DNA from: Prosthecobacter debontii
GTDB lineage: Bacteria; Verrucomicrobiota; Verrucomicrobiia; Verrucomicrobiales; Akkermansiaceae
Length of the DNA: 64,000 bases
Direction: 5' to 3'
Assembly: GCA_945870855.1 (NCBI GenBank)
Contig: CAMBTP010000011.1
Coordinates: 3,767 to 67,766, forward strand
Shown here piece by piece: positions 41,173 through 50,463 of the stretch. Under the pieces are notes generated by a model. It saw only the letters and a list, made by a program, of their open reading frames with translations, did not search any database and had not been told where the DNA came from. Position 1 is the stretch's first letter. Each line of letters starts with the position of its first letter. The translations under genes were made by a program, and so were the position numbers.

Positions 41173-41192
41173 TAGTCCTCAAAGTGATGACA
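41173..41192 (-). promoter_or_regulatory. Dyad operator-like motif, copy 6 (tgtcatcactttgaggacta on the minus strand)
   Basis: About 130 nt upstream of the autotransporter-repeat gene and co-oriented. Confidence 0.75.
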
Positions 41193-41300
41193 AGACAGGC
41201 GGCGGAATCATGGCCTCCGGACTCCGGTGACCTATCTCCGCCCCGATCTACGCGGCTTGGCCGGATCAGGCTACTTCCGCCGCGGCATAGGGCCGTCGCT

Positions 41301-41361
41301 AATATGGAGAAGGGGTTTGAAACCCCTTTGCGGAGGATCGGGAAATGGGTTCGCTTCGGTT
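41301..41361 (+). repeat. ATGGAG-family REP arm plus REPIN spacer (half element)
   Basis: Arm aatatggagaaggggtttgaaaccccttt followed by gcggaggatcgggaaatgggttcgcttcggtt, similar to the 4770-4803 spacer. Confidence 0.8.
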
Positions 41362-41368
41362 ATGCGAA

Positions 41369-42628
41369 TCACTCGCCGGTGATTTTCCAGAGGTGGCTTT
41401 CAGTGCGCAGATAAAGGGCTCCATCAAGCAGGATCGGAGAGGCAAGTGAGCGTTCGGCAAGGTCGGTTTCGAATTGAATCTTCGCTCCGTCCGGCGAGAT
41501 TTTCACGACATAGCAGACTCCGTCTTCGGTAACGGCGTAGAGGATTTCTCCGGCTAGAATCGGCGAGGCAGAGAAATTTCCGGGGAGTTTTTCGTTCCAG
41601 ACCGGCTTGCCGGATTTTGCGTCGAGGCTGGTGAGTGTGCCGGTATCATCGAGCACAAGAATCTGGCCGCCGGTGGCGATCATCGATGGGGTTTTCGGCA
41701 TCCGACGTGTGACTTCCCATTCGATGTGGCTCTTAGTGACATCACCGGTGGCATCACCAAGGCGGATCGCGATGAGCTTGGGAACGTTGTAGCCGGTGGC
41801 CACGTAGGCCATGCCATCGGCGACGACTGGCCGGGGAACTACCGAATAGCCCTCGCCGTAGGTTGCTTTCCAAAGCAGGCGACCGTCTTCTGGCGCGTAG
41901 GCTCCGATCATGCCGCTGCCCGCACTGAGAATTTCGGTGCGGCCATCTGTCTCGACCACGAGCGGGGTGCTGAAGGAGAACTTGCTGCGGACTTCCTGCT
42001 CGCGGGGTGTGCGCCATGCGATGCTGCCTTCCTTCCGGTGAAAAGCAACGATGGTGGGATCGATCTCAGCGTCGGCGTTGACCACGAGCAGGTCGCCGAC
42101 GATGATTGGAGAACCGCCGTTGCCGTGCATCGGTTTGTAGGAAACCTGTTTTTTCCAAACTACTTCGCCATCAACGAGACGCAGTGCGGCGGTGCCCATG
42201 TGGCCGAAGTGAACGTAAGCGATGCCGTCTGCGATGATCGGAGTAGAGCTGGCTAGGCTGTTCTTGCCGTGCATTGCGGAGGTCTCTTCTGCGGTGGGTT
42301 GGAAAAGATCTACTTCCCAGAGTTTTTTGCCGGTCGCGACATCGAGAGCGAAAGCGACCAGAACCGTGGTATCGCCATCCTTACGTGAGCCAGTTAGGAC
42401 GATTTTCCCATCGGCGATGACGGGCGACGACCAGCCTTGGGCAGCCAGCGGGACTTTCCAGGCGATCCCGGCATCCTTGCTCCATTTGAGCGGGCCGGAT
42501 CCGCTTGCGATCCCCTGGCCGGTTGGCCCGCGGAATTGCGGCCATGTATCGGCGGCCGTCGTGACGCTGGTCAACGATACGGCGAGCAGAAGGCAGTAGC
42601 ATTTTCCAAGAAACTTCATGAATGCCAC
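41369..42628 (-). CDS. PQQ-binding-like beta-propeller repeat protein (secreted)
   Basis: WPQFRGPTGQG, WSSPVIADG, ASSTPI, SPIIVGD, repeated G..W propeller blades, ASPIL.DGALYLRT. Confidence 0.9.
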   Translation of the reverse strand: MAFMKFLGKCYCLLLAVSLTSVTTAADTWPQFRGPTGQGIASGSGPLKWSKDAGIAWKVPLAAQGWSSPVIADGKIVLTGSRKDGDTTVLVAFALDVATGKKLWEVDLFQPTAEETSAMHGKNSLASSTPIIADGIAYVHFGHMGTAALRLVDGEVVWKKQVSYKPMHGNGGSPIIVGDLLVVNADAEIDPTIVAFHRKEGSIAWRTPREQEVRSKFSFSTPLVVETDGRTEILSAGSGMIGAYAPEDGRLLWKATYGEGYSVVPRPVVADGMAYVATGYNVPKLIAIRLGDATGDVTKSHIEWEVTRRMPKTPSMIATGGQILVLDDTGTLTSLDAKSGKPVWNEKLPGNFSASPILAGEILYAVTEDGVCYVVKISPDGAKIQFETDLAERSLASPILLDGALYLRTESHLWKITGE

Positions 42629-42653
42629 GGAATTTGCTTTTAAATTTTAAAAG

Positions 42654-42935
42654 TTAGAGCTTCGTGCGCCCGCCATTCGCTATCCGCAAGGAATCGAAAA
42701 CGGAGTCCATGCCGAGTTCCTTGATCTCGCAGACATGGGCCATGAGTTCGCCAAGGAGACCTTTGGGAAAGGAGCGTTGCTTAAACCAAAGCAGGTATTC
42801 CTCGGGTAGGTCGCAGAGCGGGACTCCGTTTGGCGGGTATTTTTCCTTTCCGAACATCCCAAAAGGCATGTGGGTGCGGTGAATCTCCATGAGTAAGTTG
42901 CGATAATCTTCAAGGTCGATTTCGGTGAATTCCAT
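42654..42935 (-). CDS. DUF3820-family protein
   Basis: MPFGMFGKEKY...L.DLPEEYLLWF...FPKGLLG.LM...EIK..G. Confidence 0.8.
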   Translation of the reverse strand: MEFTEIDLEDYRNLLMEIHRTHMPFGMFGKEKYPPNGVPLCDLPEEYLLWFKQRSFPKGLLGELMAHVCEIKELGMDSVFDSLRIANGGRTKL

Positions 42936-42978
42936 GGTGGGGCTTGCGGGGTGGTGGGTTTTGGTTCAGGTTCATGGG

Positions 42979-43356
42979 ATGAAGATTCGATTTTTACACA
43001 CGCGTATCAGAGTAAAAAGCCTAGACGACTCCATCGCGTTTTATGAAAATCTTGGCTACAAGATTGACACAAGAAAGGAATCTCCGCAAGGCAACCAACT
43101 CGCTTTCATGAAATTGATAGATAGTCAAGTTTTTCTTGAACTCGCATGGTCCGCTGATTACACCGCCAAATGCCCTGAGGATCTGATGCATACCTGCCTA
43201 GGTGTGGATGATATCGTGGAGTATTGCGACGCGGTCGAGAAGGCGGGCATCGAGATCTGGCCATCCGGCTGGCGGGAAAAATTCACCAGCGGCGGGAAGA
43301 AAATGGCCTTCGTCACCGATCCCGACGGATATGAGGTGGAGATTTTGGAAAGGTAA
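42979..43356 (+). CDS. VOC/glyoxalase I family protein
   Basis: HTRIRVKSLDDSIAFY..LG, ELAW, H.C.GVDD, AFVTDPDGYEVEI. Start placed at 42979. Confidence 0.9.
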   Translation: MKIRFLHTRIRVKSLDDSIAFYENLGYKIDTRKESPQGNQLAFMKLIDSQVFLELAWSADYTAKCPEDLMHTCLGVDDIVEYCDAVEKAGIEIWPSGWREKFTSGGKKMAFVTDPDGYEVEILER

Positions 43357-43357
43357 T

Positions 43358-44338
43358 ATGAAAAAACCGCTCGCTTATTTCCTCATCGGCGCAGTCTGCC
43401 TCGCGCCACTTTCAGCATTTCCGGTAAACGCTAAAAAAGCCCCGGAATCACGCGCTGACCTCAACACCATGCAGAATGCCCTGCTCGCCGCGATTCCCAA
43501 GGCACAGGCCGCCACGGTTTGCATCGATCTCGACGATGGCTCCGGCAGTGGCGTGATCGTTTCGGAAGACGGGCTGGTAATGACCGCCGCGCACGTTTCC
43601 ACCGGTGTCGGAAAGGACGTGACCGTGATCATGGCGGACGGCACCAAGCTCAAGGCCGAGACCCTTGGACTAGATTCGGAAACCGATGCCGCATTGATCC
43701 AAATCACCGAGAAACTTCCCGAGGGCAAACCTTTCCCCGCCGTGGAGATCAACAAAACGGACGATACGAAACTCGGCGACTGGATTTTCTCCCTCGGCCA
43801 CTCCGGCGGCTTCGACAAGGAGCGCGGGGCCGTTTCTCGCATTGGGCGGCTTGTCCGCGTAGCGAATACCACGTTACAAACCGATGGGGCGCTCATCGGA
43901 GGCGATTCCGGCGGGCCGCTCTTTGATATGGAAGGTCGCCTCATTGGTATCCACTCGCGGGTCGGCGCGGTGGTCGGGGTGAACATGCATGTCCCGGTGA
44001 AAGTTTTCACAGATAACTGGGACCGGATGCTGAAATCCGAGTTCATCGGCGAGGGGCCATTCGTAAAGAAACCGGAGATTGGCAAAGGCTTCCTCGGCCT
44101 AGCGACAAAGACTGCCAAAGGCGGTATCGAGGTCACCAAGCTCGGGAAAAAAAGCCCTGCAGAAGAGGCAGGCATCAAAGAAGGCGACCTCATCCGCACG
44201 CTAAACGGAGAGAAGCTCGACTCTCGTAAAAAACTGCAATCCATCCTCGCGGAACTCGCCGCCGGGGACAAGATCACTTTCGAAATCACCCGCGATGGCA
44301 AAGATGAAACGATCAACCTCAAGCTCGGCGAGCGTTAG
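43358..44338 (+). CDS. S1C/HtrA-like serine protease with a PDZ domain (intact triad)
   Basis: GSGVIVS..G.VMTAAHV (His), DAALIQI (Asp), IGGDSGGPLF (Ser), C-terminal PDZ. Start placed at 43358. Confidence 0.92.
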   Translation: MKKPLAYFLIGAVCLAPLSAFPVNAKKAPESRADLNTMQNALLAAIPKAQAATVCIDLDDGSGSGVIVSEDGLVMTAAHVSTGVGKDVTVIMADGTKLKAETLGLDSETDAALIQITEKLPEGKPFPAVEINKTDDTKLGDWIFSLGHSGGFDKERGAVSRIGRLVRVANTTLQTDGALIGGDSGGPLFDMEGRLIGIHSRVGAVVGVNMHVPVKVFTDNWDRMLKSEFIGEGPFVKKPEIGKGFLGLATKTAKGGIEVTKLGKKSPAEEAGIKEGDLIRTLNGEKLDSRKKLQSILAELAAGDKITFEITRDGKDETINLKLGER

Positions 44339-45317
44339 TCTCGCGCTCACGATGGCGTTCGTCGTCCCGGCCTTTACACAACAAAGCTTGGAAACGAATT
44401 TTCGCACCACCGGTGCTGCGGTCACCGCTGTGTTCGAGTCGCAGCGCGCCGTGATCCAGCTTTCAAGCGCAGTCATTTATAATGGCCGAAATGAGATCGC
44501 CTACGGCACCGTTATCTCTGCGGACGGCTACGTCCTCACCAAGGCGAGCGAGGTCGAGGGTGTTGGTAAAATCGATGTCCGTGTGGACAAGGAATCCTTC
44601 AAGGACGCGAAGGTCGTAATGACCGATACCCGTTGGGATGTGGCTCTTCTGAAAATCGACGCCACTGATCTCACCCCCGTCGTCTTCGCGCCGGACAGCA
44701 AACTCCCGCGCGGCACATGGGTCGTAGTCAATGGCGTTACCAGCCGCACGAACCGCCGTGTGATGGCCGGCATCATCAGCGCCGATAACCGCGAGATCCT
44801 GCCCGAGGGTGGTGCGGTGCTCGGAGTCACCCTCAAGGAAACCAAAAAAGGCCTAGCTGTCGAAGAGGTCAGCAAAGACAGCGGTGCCGAAAAAAGCGGC
44901 CTGAAAAAAGGCGATATCATCACCACGATAGACGGAAAACCGGTAAAGGAAGTCGCCGCACTCGGCAAACTTCTCAGTAAGATGAAATCCGGCAGCGACG
45001 TGAAGGTCGCCATCCTGCGTGACGGCAAAAAAGACGAGCTCGACGTCAAACTCTCCGCCCGTGGCGATATTTTCCGCGAGGCCACCCGCAACGACGAAAT
45101 GAGCGGCGATTTCTCCAACCGCCGCAGCGGCTTCCCCCGTGTCATCCAGCACGATATACTCGGTGCCTCGATCACCATGGGCGGCCCCGTCCTCGACCTC
45201 GAAGGCCGTGCCGTTGGAATGAACATCGCCCGCGCCAACCGCGCCGAAACCTTCGCCATCCCGGTCGAGGAGTTGCGCGAGCTCGCCGAAGGCATGATCA
45301 AGCAGGTGGGGAAATAG
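44304..45317 (+). CDS. S1C-like protease homologue with an inserted PDZ domain and a degenerate catalytic triad
   Basis: GTVISADGYVLTKASEV (no His), DVALLKI, PDZ, QHDILGASITMGGPVLDLEG (no Ser in the GxSGGP position). Confidence 0.8.
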   Translation: MKRSTSSSASVSLALTMAFVVPAFTQQSLETNFRTTGAAVTAVFESQRAVIQLSSAVIYNGRNEIAYGTVISADGYVLTKASEVEGVGKIDVRVDKESFKDAKVVMTDTRWDVALLKIDATDLTPVVFAPDSKLPRGTWVVVNGVTSRTNRRVMAGIISADNREILPEGGAVLGVTLKETKKGLAVEEVSKDSGAEKSGLKKGDIITTIDGKPVKEVAALGKLLSKMKSGSDVKVAILRDGKKDELDVKLSARGDIFREATRNDEMSGDFSNRRSGFPRVIQHDILGASITMGGPVLDLEGRAVGMNIARANRAETFAIPVEELRELAEGMIKQVGK

Positions 45318-45428
45318 ATTAAATCACTACCATGCATTTTTAAATCGGCGCTACATAATCACCCTGACACTCTGGCAAATCCAAAGGTTGCGTTATAAGG
45401 GGTTGTGAATTATTGCTCTGACATTCGC

Positions 45429-47279
45429 ATGACTGAATTTAACATACAGAATTTGAAATCGCCCATGGTTGCCTTTATCGGCATTTTGGCTATTTCCTGC
45501 GGCGGCACCGCTCCGACTCCTGTGATGAGTCCGAAAACTACAAAGCAGCTTGCCGATCCGCTTGAGCCGATGAACCGCGTTACCTGGGAACTGAACCGTA
45601 GGGTGACATTCGGAATTCTAGAACCAGCAACAAACGTTTACCTTACCACTTTCCCGAAACCGGTGCGGCAGTCGATTGGCAACATGCGGGACAACCTGAC
45701 CGGCCCGCTGCGAATTACGAACCAGATCCTGCAAGGGCGCTGGAATGATTCCGGCGAGGAGGCATTGAGATTTCTCGCAAACACAACCGTGGGTATTGGC
45801 GGATTATTCGATGTAGCGGATCGCATGGATCTGCCGGGCAGCCGGGGAAGCTTCAACCAGACGTTCCAACACTGGGGCTGGCAACCGGATACCTACGTGG
45901 TGCTCCCATTTCTCGGCCCCAGCGACAACGTGGCGGCTCCGGCCCGCGCAATGGATGTGGTGGGCGATCCCCTAACTTATGTCGCCGGCCTCGAATTCGC
46001 GCTCATTGCGCCCCGGGTGCACCAGTTAAGCGATATCATCCCACAGGCGGCGAGCGTGATGCGAACCGAAGCTGACTCCTATGACCTTGTCCGCCAAGCT
46101 TGGCCGTATCTCTCACGGACGACACCACCGGACTGGACGCCGCGTGGCGCTCCGGATGTTGCGACGCTGGAGACGCTGGCGGCGGCGCGATACAAACCCA
46201 CCGACCCATGGTTCGCTTTGCGCGGAAAAAGGCATTTGGTGCGGCTGCCGCATACCGGTAAAGACTTCTCGTATCAGTCGTGGATGCACAAAGGGCCGGC
46301 ACCGCTGGTTTTCCTTAGTCCGGGAATCGGTTCGCACCGTATGTCGGGAAATGTCATGGTTCTAGCTGAGGCGATCCATAACATGGGATTTTCGGTAGTG
46401 ACCATTTCGGGGATGTTCCACCCAGAGTTCATGGAGCACGCGTCGTCCTCATCCATGCCGGGAAATCCGGTGACGGATCGTGCGGATCTGCTCGCCACCT
46501 TGACGGCGATCGATGCCTCGATTGATAGGAAATATCGCGGACGCGTTACGAAGCGTGTGCTCGCAGGATTTTCCCTCGGCGGCTTCTCAGCCCTGCAACT
46601 GGCGGCCACCGAGCCGGATCACGCTCCGGGGTCCGTGCGCTTCGATCACTACCTGACGATTCAAGCCCCGGTCGATCTAGGGCAAGCATACCGCACGCTC
46701 GATCAGTATTACGAGGTGCCTGCCTCGTGGCCTGAAAAAGTACGCGCCCAGCAGTTCGACAACACCTTTCACAAGCTTGCGGCATTGATAGATCAGCGCC
46801 CGCCAGAAGGTGTACCACCATTCGATGCGGATGAATCAAAGCTACTGGTTGGTTACGCATTCCGGGTCGTGCTGCGCAATTCGCTTTATAGCATTCAGCA
46901 GCGAACGCCTTCGGATCTAGTTTCCGTGCCCACGTCCACCTGGCGGCGTGAGAACTCGTATCGCGAGCTGATGAATTTCAGCTTCGACGATTACATCAAG
47001 CAATGGCTAGCGCCAGAGGAACTGAAAAAAGGAGTGACTGAAAAATGTCTTTTCAATGCAACCACACTTAGATCGCACGAGCGCGCTCTGAGTATGAATC
47101 GTCGTGTCCACTTGATCGGTAATCGCAATGACATCCTAGTCTCTCCTCAGGATATGCAATGGATCAACGCGACATTCGGAGACCGTGCAATTTGGATGCC
47201 ATCCGGCGGCCACCTCGGCAATTTTGGCGACCCGCAATTTTTAAAAGTTCTCGGCGGCGTGATGAATGAAATACGATGA
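45429..47279 (+). CDS. MlaA/VacJ-family lipoprotein fused to an alpha/beta hydrolase
   Basis: Lipobox-like LAISC. MlaA motifs DPLEPMNR, RFLANTTVGIGGLFDVA, YVVLPFLGPS. Hydrolase motifs LSPGIG, GFSLGG (GxSxG), NDILV, SGGHLG. Confidence 0.88.
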   Translation: MTEFNIQNLKSPMVAFIGILAISCGGTAPTPVMSPKTTKQLADPLEPMNRVTWELNRRVTFGILEPATNVYLTTFPKPVRQSIGNMRDNLTGPLRITNQILQGRWNDSGEEALRFLANTTVGIGGLFDVADRMDLPGSRGSFNQTFQHWGWQPDTYVVLPFLGPSDNVAAPARAMDVVGDPLTYVAGLEFALIAPRVHQLSDIIPQAASVMRTEADSYDLVRQAWPYLSRTTPPDWTPRGAPDVATLETLAAARYKPTDPWFALRGKRHLVRLPHTGKDFSYQSWMHKGPAPLVFLSPGIGSHRMSGNVMVLAEAIHNMGFSVVTISGMFHPEFMEHASSSSMPGNPVTDRADLLATLTAIDASIDRKYRGRVTKRVLAGFSLGGFSALQLAATEPDHAPGSVRFDHYLTIQAPVDLGQAYRTLDQYYEVPASWPEKVRAQQFDNTFHKLAALIDQRPPEGVPPFDADESKLLVGYAFRVVLRNSLYSIQQRTPSDLVSVPTSTWRRENSYRELMNFSFDDYIKQWLAPEELKKGVTEKCLFNATTLRSHERALSMNRRVHLIGNRNDILVSPQDMQWINATFGDRAIWMPSGGHLGNFGDPQFLKVLGGVMNEIR

Positions 47280-47433
47280 GCGCAGCAAGTGCCTCCTTCG
47301 GTCCGCCCTCCTAAGAAGTGAAACAGAAGATAATTTCTGGAGTTTAGCTAACTCAGGAATCACCAACCCCACGCCGAACGAAGCCATGCGCGGATTTCCA
47401 TTAGCACATTAGAAGACGGTTTTTCCTCTGCCC

Positions 47434-48378
47434 TCAGTTATCGATTATGCCGGGCTGGCCGAAGCGTAGTGTGAGGCCTTTGCCGTTCGCGGAGCCGAAT
47501 TTTACGCGGTCAATTCTCTCGCGGATATCCTGTGGCGCAGCTTCCTTGTCCTTGTCCGAGTTCCACGGGCCCTCCCAGACAATCTTGTTGGCCGTGTCGC
47601 GAACAGTTACCCGTATATCACCATCGGCGGATTTTATCTCCAACGAACCATCGTTGTCCATGAGGCGAATGCTGGAGTTTTGTTGGAAACGAAATCCGCC
47701 CTCTTCGCCCGGTGTGATGGGAGGAATCTGGTTTTCGAGAGCCTGGTTCATTTGCTCGCGCATCATGCGGAAAGTGTTCTCGAATGTCTGGTCTGGCGAA
47801 TTACCAAGAGGATCCACGCCGAATCTCTGCCGATTCCTATCAATCATGCCCTGCAGACGATCCGCATGAGCCTGAGGAAGTCCCTCCATCAAAGGTGCTG
47901 GGGTAACATCAGCCTCGAGATCGGCCGGGCGCTCGGTGAGTGTGACTTCCACCTTATCGGATTTACCTTTGCGGATGAGATCAAGCTCAAGCGTGTCGCC
48001 CACCTTATGGCTCCGAATTTTTTTAGTGAACGCATCGGGATCACCGACTGGAGTGCCGTCGATGGAAAGGATGATATCGTTTACAGATAAGCCAGACTTC
48101 TCGCCAGGGCTGTCGGGATATACGGTGCGGATGATTACTCCAGAGCCTCCGCTGATACCGAGATGATCGGCGATCATTTCCGGAATGCTGGAGGTGGATA
48201 GCCCGAGGAAAGGAAGTTTCTCGGCGTCATCGCGCTCGATTCCCTGTTCTCTGAAAAGAGCGGCGGGCGGCTTTGAATTATCGGGTGGCGGCTCGATCGC
48301 CGGCAGGAGATTTAGCGGAAAAATCATCAGGCCGGCAATGATACCGGCGGAGTGAGAGGCGCGGAATTTCTTTTTCAT
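47434..48378 (-). CDS. Secreted PDZ-domain protein with no protease domain
   Basis: Signal peptide, PFLGL...GVIIRTVYPDSPGEKSGLSVNDIILSIDG PDZ, and a novel C-terminal domain. Confidence 0.82.
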   Translation of the reverse strand: MKKKFRASHSAGIIAGLMIFPLNLLPAIEPPPDNSKPPAALFREQGIERDDAEKLPFLGLSTSSIPEMIADHLGISGGSGVIIRTVYPDSPGEKSGLSVNDIILSIDGTPVGDPDAFTKKIRSHKVGDTLELDLIRKGKSDKVEVTLTERPADLEADVTPAPLMEGLPQAHADRLQGMIDRNRQRFGVDPLGNSPDQTFENTFRMMREQMNQALENQIPPITPGEEGGFRFQQNSSIRLMDNDGSLEIKSADGDIRVTVRDTANKIVWEGPWNSDKDKEAAPQDIRERIDRVKFGSANGKGLTLRFGQPGIIDN

Positions 48379-48436
48379 AGTAGTCGCTTTTATATACTAT
48401 ATGAGTAGTAGATGGGAAGAATCTCGTGGTAAAAAA

Positions 48437-49087
48437 TCAGTCGATTTTCTCCGGGGTGATCTCGTATTCCACGCGTGGGCGTAACTCAATGATGGGATTG
48501 CCATCCGCGTCTTTGGAGAGCACTTGATCCATGTAGGTGCGGCTGAGAACGCGGTTAGGCTGGTTCTTGCCTCTCCAGATCACGCCCTGATCCTGGGTTA
48601 CGCTGGGATTGGGATTAAATGAAGCGGGAGCAACTAGCTCTGGAGCGGGCGTAAGTGGAGCGGGAAAAGAAGCGCTTACGTTACCGGTCACTGACTTTTT
48701 CACATTCCGAATTTCGCCAGGAACCATAAACGCGGCGAGGGAGCCGAGCAGAGCGACAGCAGCAGCGGCCACAATATTGAAACGGAACGCGCTCCATTTT
48801 TTGCCCGCCATGACTGTTGCAGATGATGGTTTATTGAAGAGCACGATTTTCTCATCCACAGAGAATGGCGTGTCGCCCAACACACTAAGCAGAGAGCTTT
48901 GCAGGGCGCTGGGGATTATCCTTGGGCGGATTGCCCGGAGGCGTGACTCAAATGCGAGCTCATCCTCGGAAAGCTCCAGTTGAGTCTCCTCCGCACAAGC
49001 AGTGAGACGTGCGAGAAAGTCCTCATCGAGCCCTGTGGGCTGAAGGTTGCCGAGCTCCTGCTCGGTGATGGTGGGTATCCTTGACAT
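48437..49087 (-). CDS. Single-pass membrane protein, putative anti-sigma factor
   Basis: Immediately downstream of the ECF sigma gene. Helical N-terminus, one TM (IVAAAAVALLGSLAAFMV), periplasmic tail. Confidence 0.65.
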   Translation of the reverse strand: MSRIPTITEQELGNLQPTGLDEDFLARLTACAEETQLELSEDELAFESRLRAIRPRIIPSALQSSLLSVLGDTPFSVDEKIVLFNKPSSATVMAGKKWSAFRFNIVAAAAVALLGSLAAFMVPGEIRNVKKSVTGNVSASFPAPLTPAPELVAPASFNPNPSVTQDQGVIWRGKNQPNRVLSRTYMDQVLSKDADGNPIIELRPRVEYEITPEKID

Positions 49088-49121
49088 GTTGTTGTGGATG
49101 AATCTCGGGTTGGTGAAAAAT

Positions 49122-49700
49122 TTAGATGGAAAGGTCTCCCCTGCGGCGTGCGGTGCCGAGCTCCCGTTTCAGTGCTTCCAGGCCATAGCGATACCGGGAG
49201 GCCGCCGTGTTCTGAGAAATTCCTAGAGCCTCTCCGATTTCCGCGAAAGTGCGCTCACCCCAGATTTTCATCATGATGACTTCCGAAAATTTTCCGGGTA
49301 GGGATTTGAGGGCGTCCTCAAGCTGGGAGCGCGTCTCTTCATCGCCTCCTTCAGAATCGAACCATGGATGGAATGCCTCGAATTGCTCCGCCTCGAGATC
49401 GGCGGAAACATTGTCCTCGCGGCGCTTGCGTCGGTCGTCTTTGCGAGACAGGTCAATGGCGAGCCTGCGTATGGTCGCATAGAGGTAAGGCTGCCATGCG
49501 TCCTGGCCACCCACGAACTCGCCGCCGCGGATTTTTTCGACGAGTTTGACGACTGCGTCCTGCAGCACATCTTGGGCGTCTTCATGGGTTCGGGTTTGGT
49601 TTCTGGCGAAAAGGAATAGTTTCGGAGCATGCTCCCCCAGCCACTCACGCCATGCGGTGGCGGCAGGAGAACTTTTAGCTGGAGCTTCGATCGCGGTCAT
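49122..49700 (-). CDS. ECF-type RNA polymerase sigma-70 factor
   Basis: Region 2 (AQDVLQDAVVKL, YLYATIRRLAIDLSRK) and region 4 (LP....VIMMKIWGERTFAEIGEALGISQNTAASRYRYGL). Confidence 0.93.
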   Translation of the reverse strand: MTAIEAPAKSSPAATAWREWLGEHAPKLFLFARNQTRTHEDAQDVLQDAVVKLVEKIRGGEFVGGQDAWQPYLYATIRRLAIDLSRKDDRRKRREDNVSADLEAEQFEAFHPWFDSEGGDEETRSQLEDALKSLPGKFSEVIMMKIWGERTFAEIGEALGISQNTAASRYRYGLEALKRELGTARRRGDLSI

Positions 49701-49983
49701 TCTCTACGGATTATACACAAATAGCGGCGCTTTGGTTATGATTTGTTCATATTTCCGAGACAGTAAATTGGGTATTGAATGATTAACTTAGCTGAAGTAT
49801 CACGAGACATGTCTTTTCCAAGATTACTCTTCGCGTGTTTCCTCGTGCTGGAGTCAGACGAGAAGGTGGCGGAGGCGATGGACGAGTATTATGCTGAATC
49901 TCAGCTAGAACTGAAAGAACCTGCTGACCTTAATTCTTTGGCAGCGAATGATGGTGGAGGCAAAATGGAATGGATAACATCAC

Positions 49984-50460
49984 ATGGATAAGGAATATGA
50001 GAACGTCGGTGGACTGGTGGCGGAAAACGGGACGCCTGTGCGGCAATTTTCCGTGATGCTTCCCAACCGCGTGGGCGCGCTCGCTTCGTTGGTGAAACTT
50101 TTGCGATCCTCTTCGATCGAGGTGATCGGGTTGAGCGTGCAGGATTCGCGCGATGCCACCATTGCGAGGTTGGTGCTGTCCGATACCGATCTTGCGGAGT
50201 CGATTTTCTGCGAGAAAGGAATCCCGCACACCACCTGCGAGCTGGTGGTTCTCGCGCTGAAGGAAGCCGGGCCGGATCTGCTCAAGTGCCTGGACATTCT
50301 AATGATCGCGGAGACGAACGTGGATTTCGCATACGCGATGCTGCCCGGCCCCGATGGCAAGGCGCTACTGGCGCTGCATGTCGAGGATTACGATTTCGCG
50401 ACAAGCATCCTCAACCGCAGCGGCTTCAGGCTGCTTTATGAAGAGGATCTGGTCAGGTGA
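49984..50460 (+). CDS. Tandem ACT-domain protein
   Basis: QFSVMLPNRVGALASL, NVDFAYAML, two ACT-like repeats. Confidence 0.85.
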   Translation: MDKEYENVGGLVAENGTPVRQFSVMLPNRVGALASLVKLLRSSSIEVIGLSVQDSRDATIARLVLSDTDLAESIFCEKGIPHTTCELVVLALKEAGPDLLKCLDILMIAETNVDFAYAMLPGPDGKALLALHVEDYDFATSILNRSGFRLLYEEDLVR

Positions 50461-50463
50461 GAA

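Noticed and set aside
49779-49991. Small ORF between the ECF sigma and ACT genes
   Set aside because: No recognisable motif, overlaps the ACT gene start, and occupies a divergent promoter region; I cannot support it as coding.
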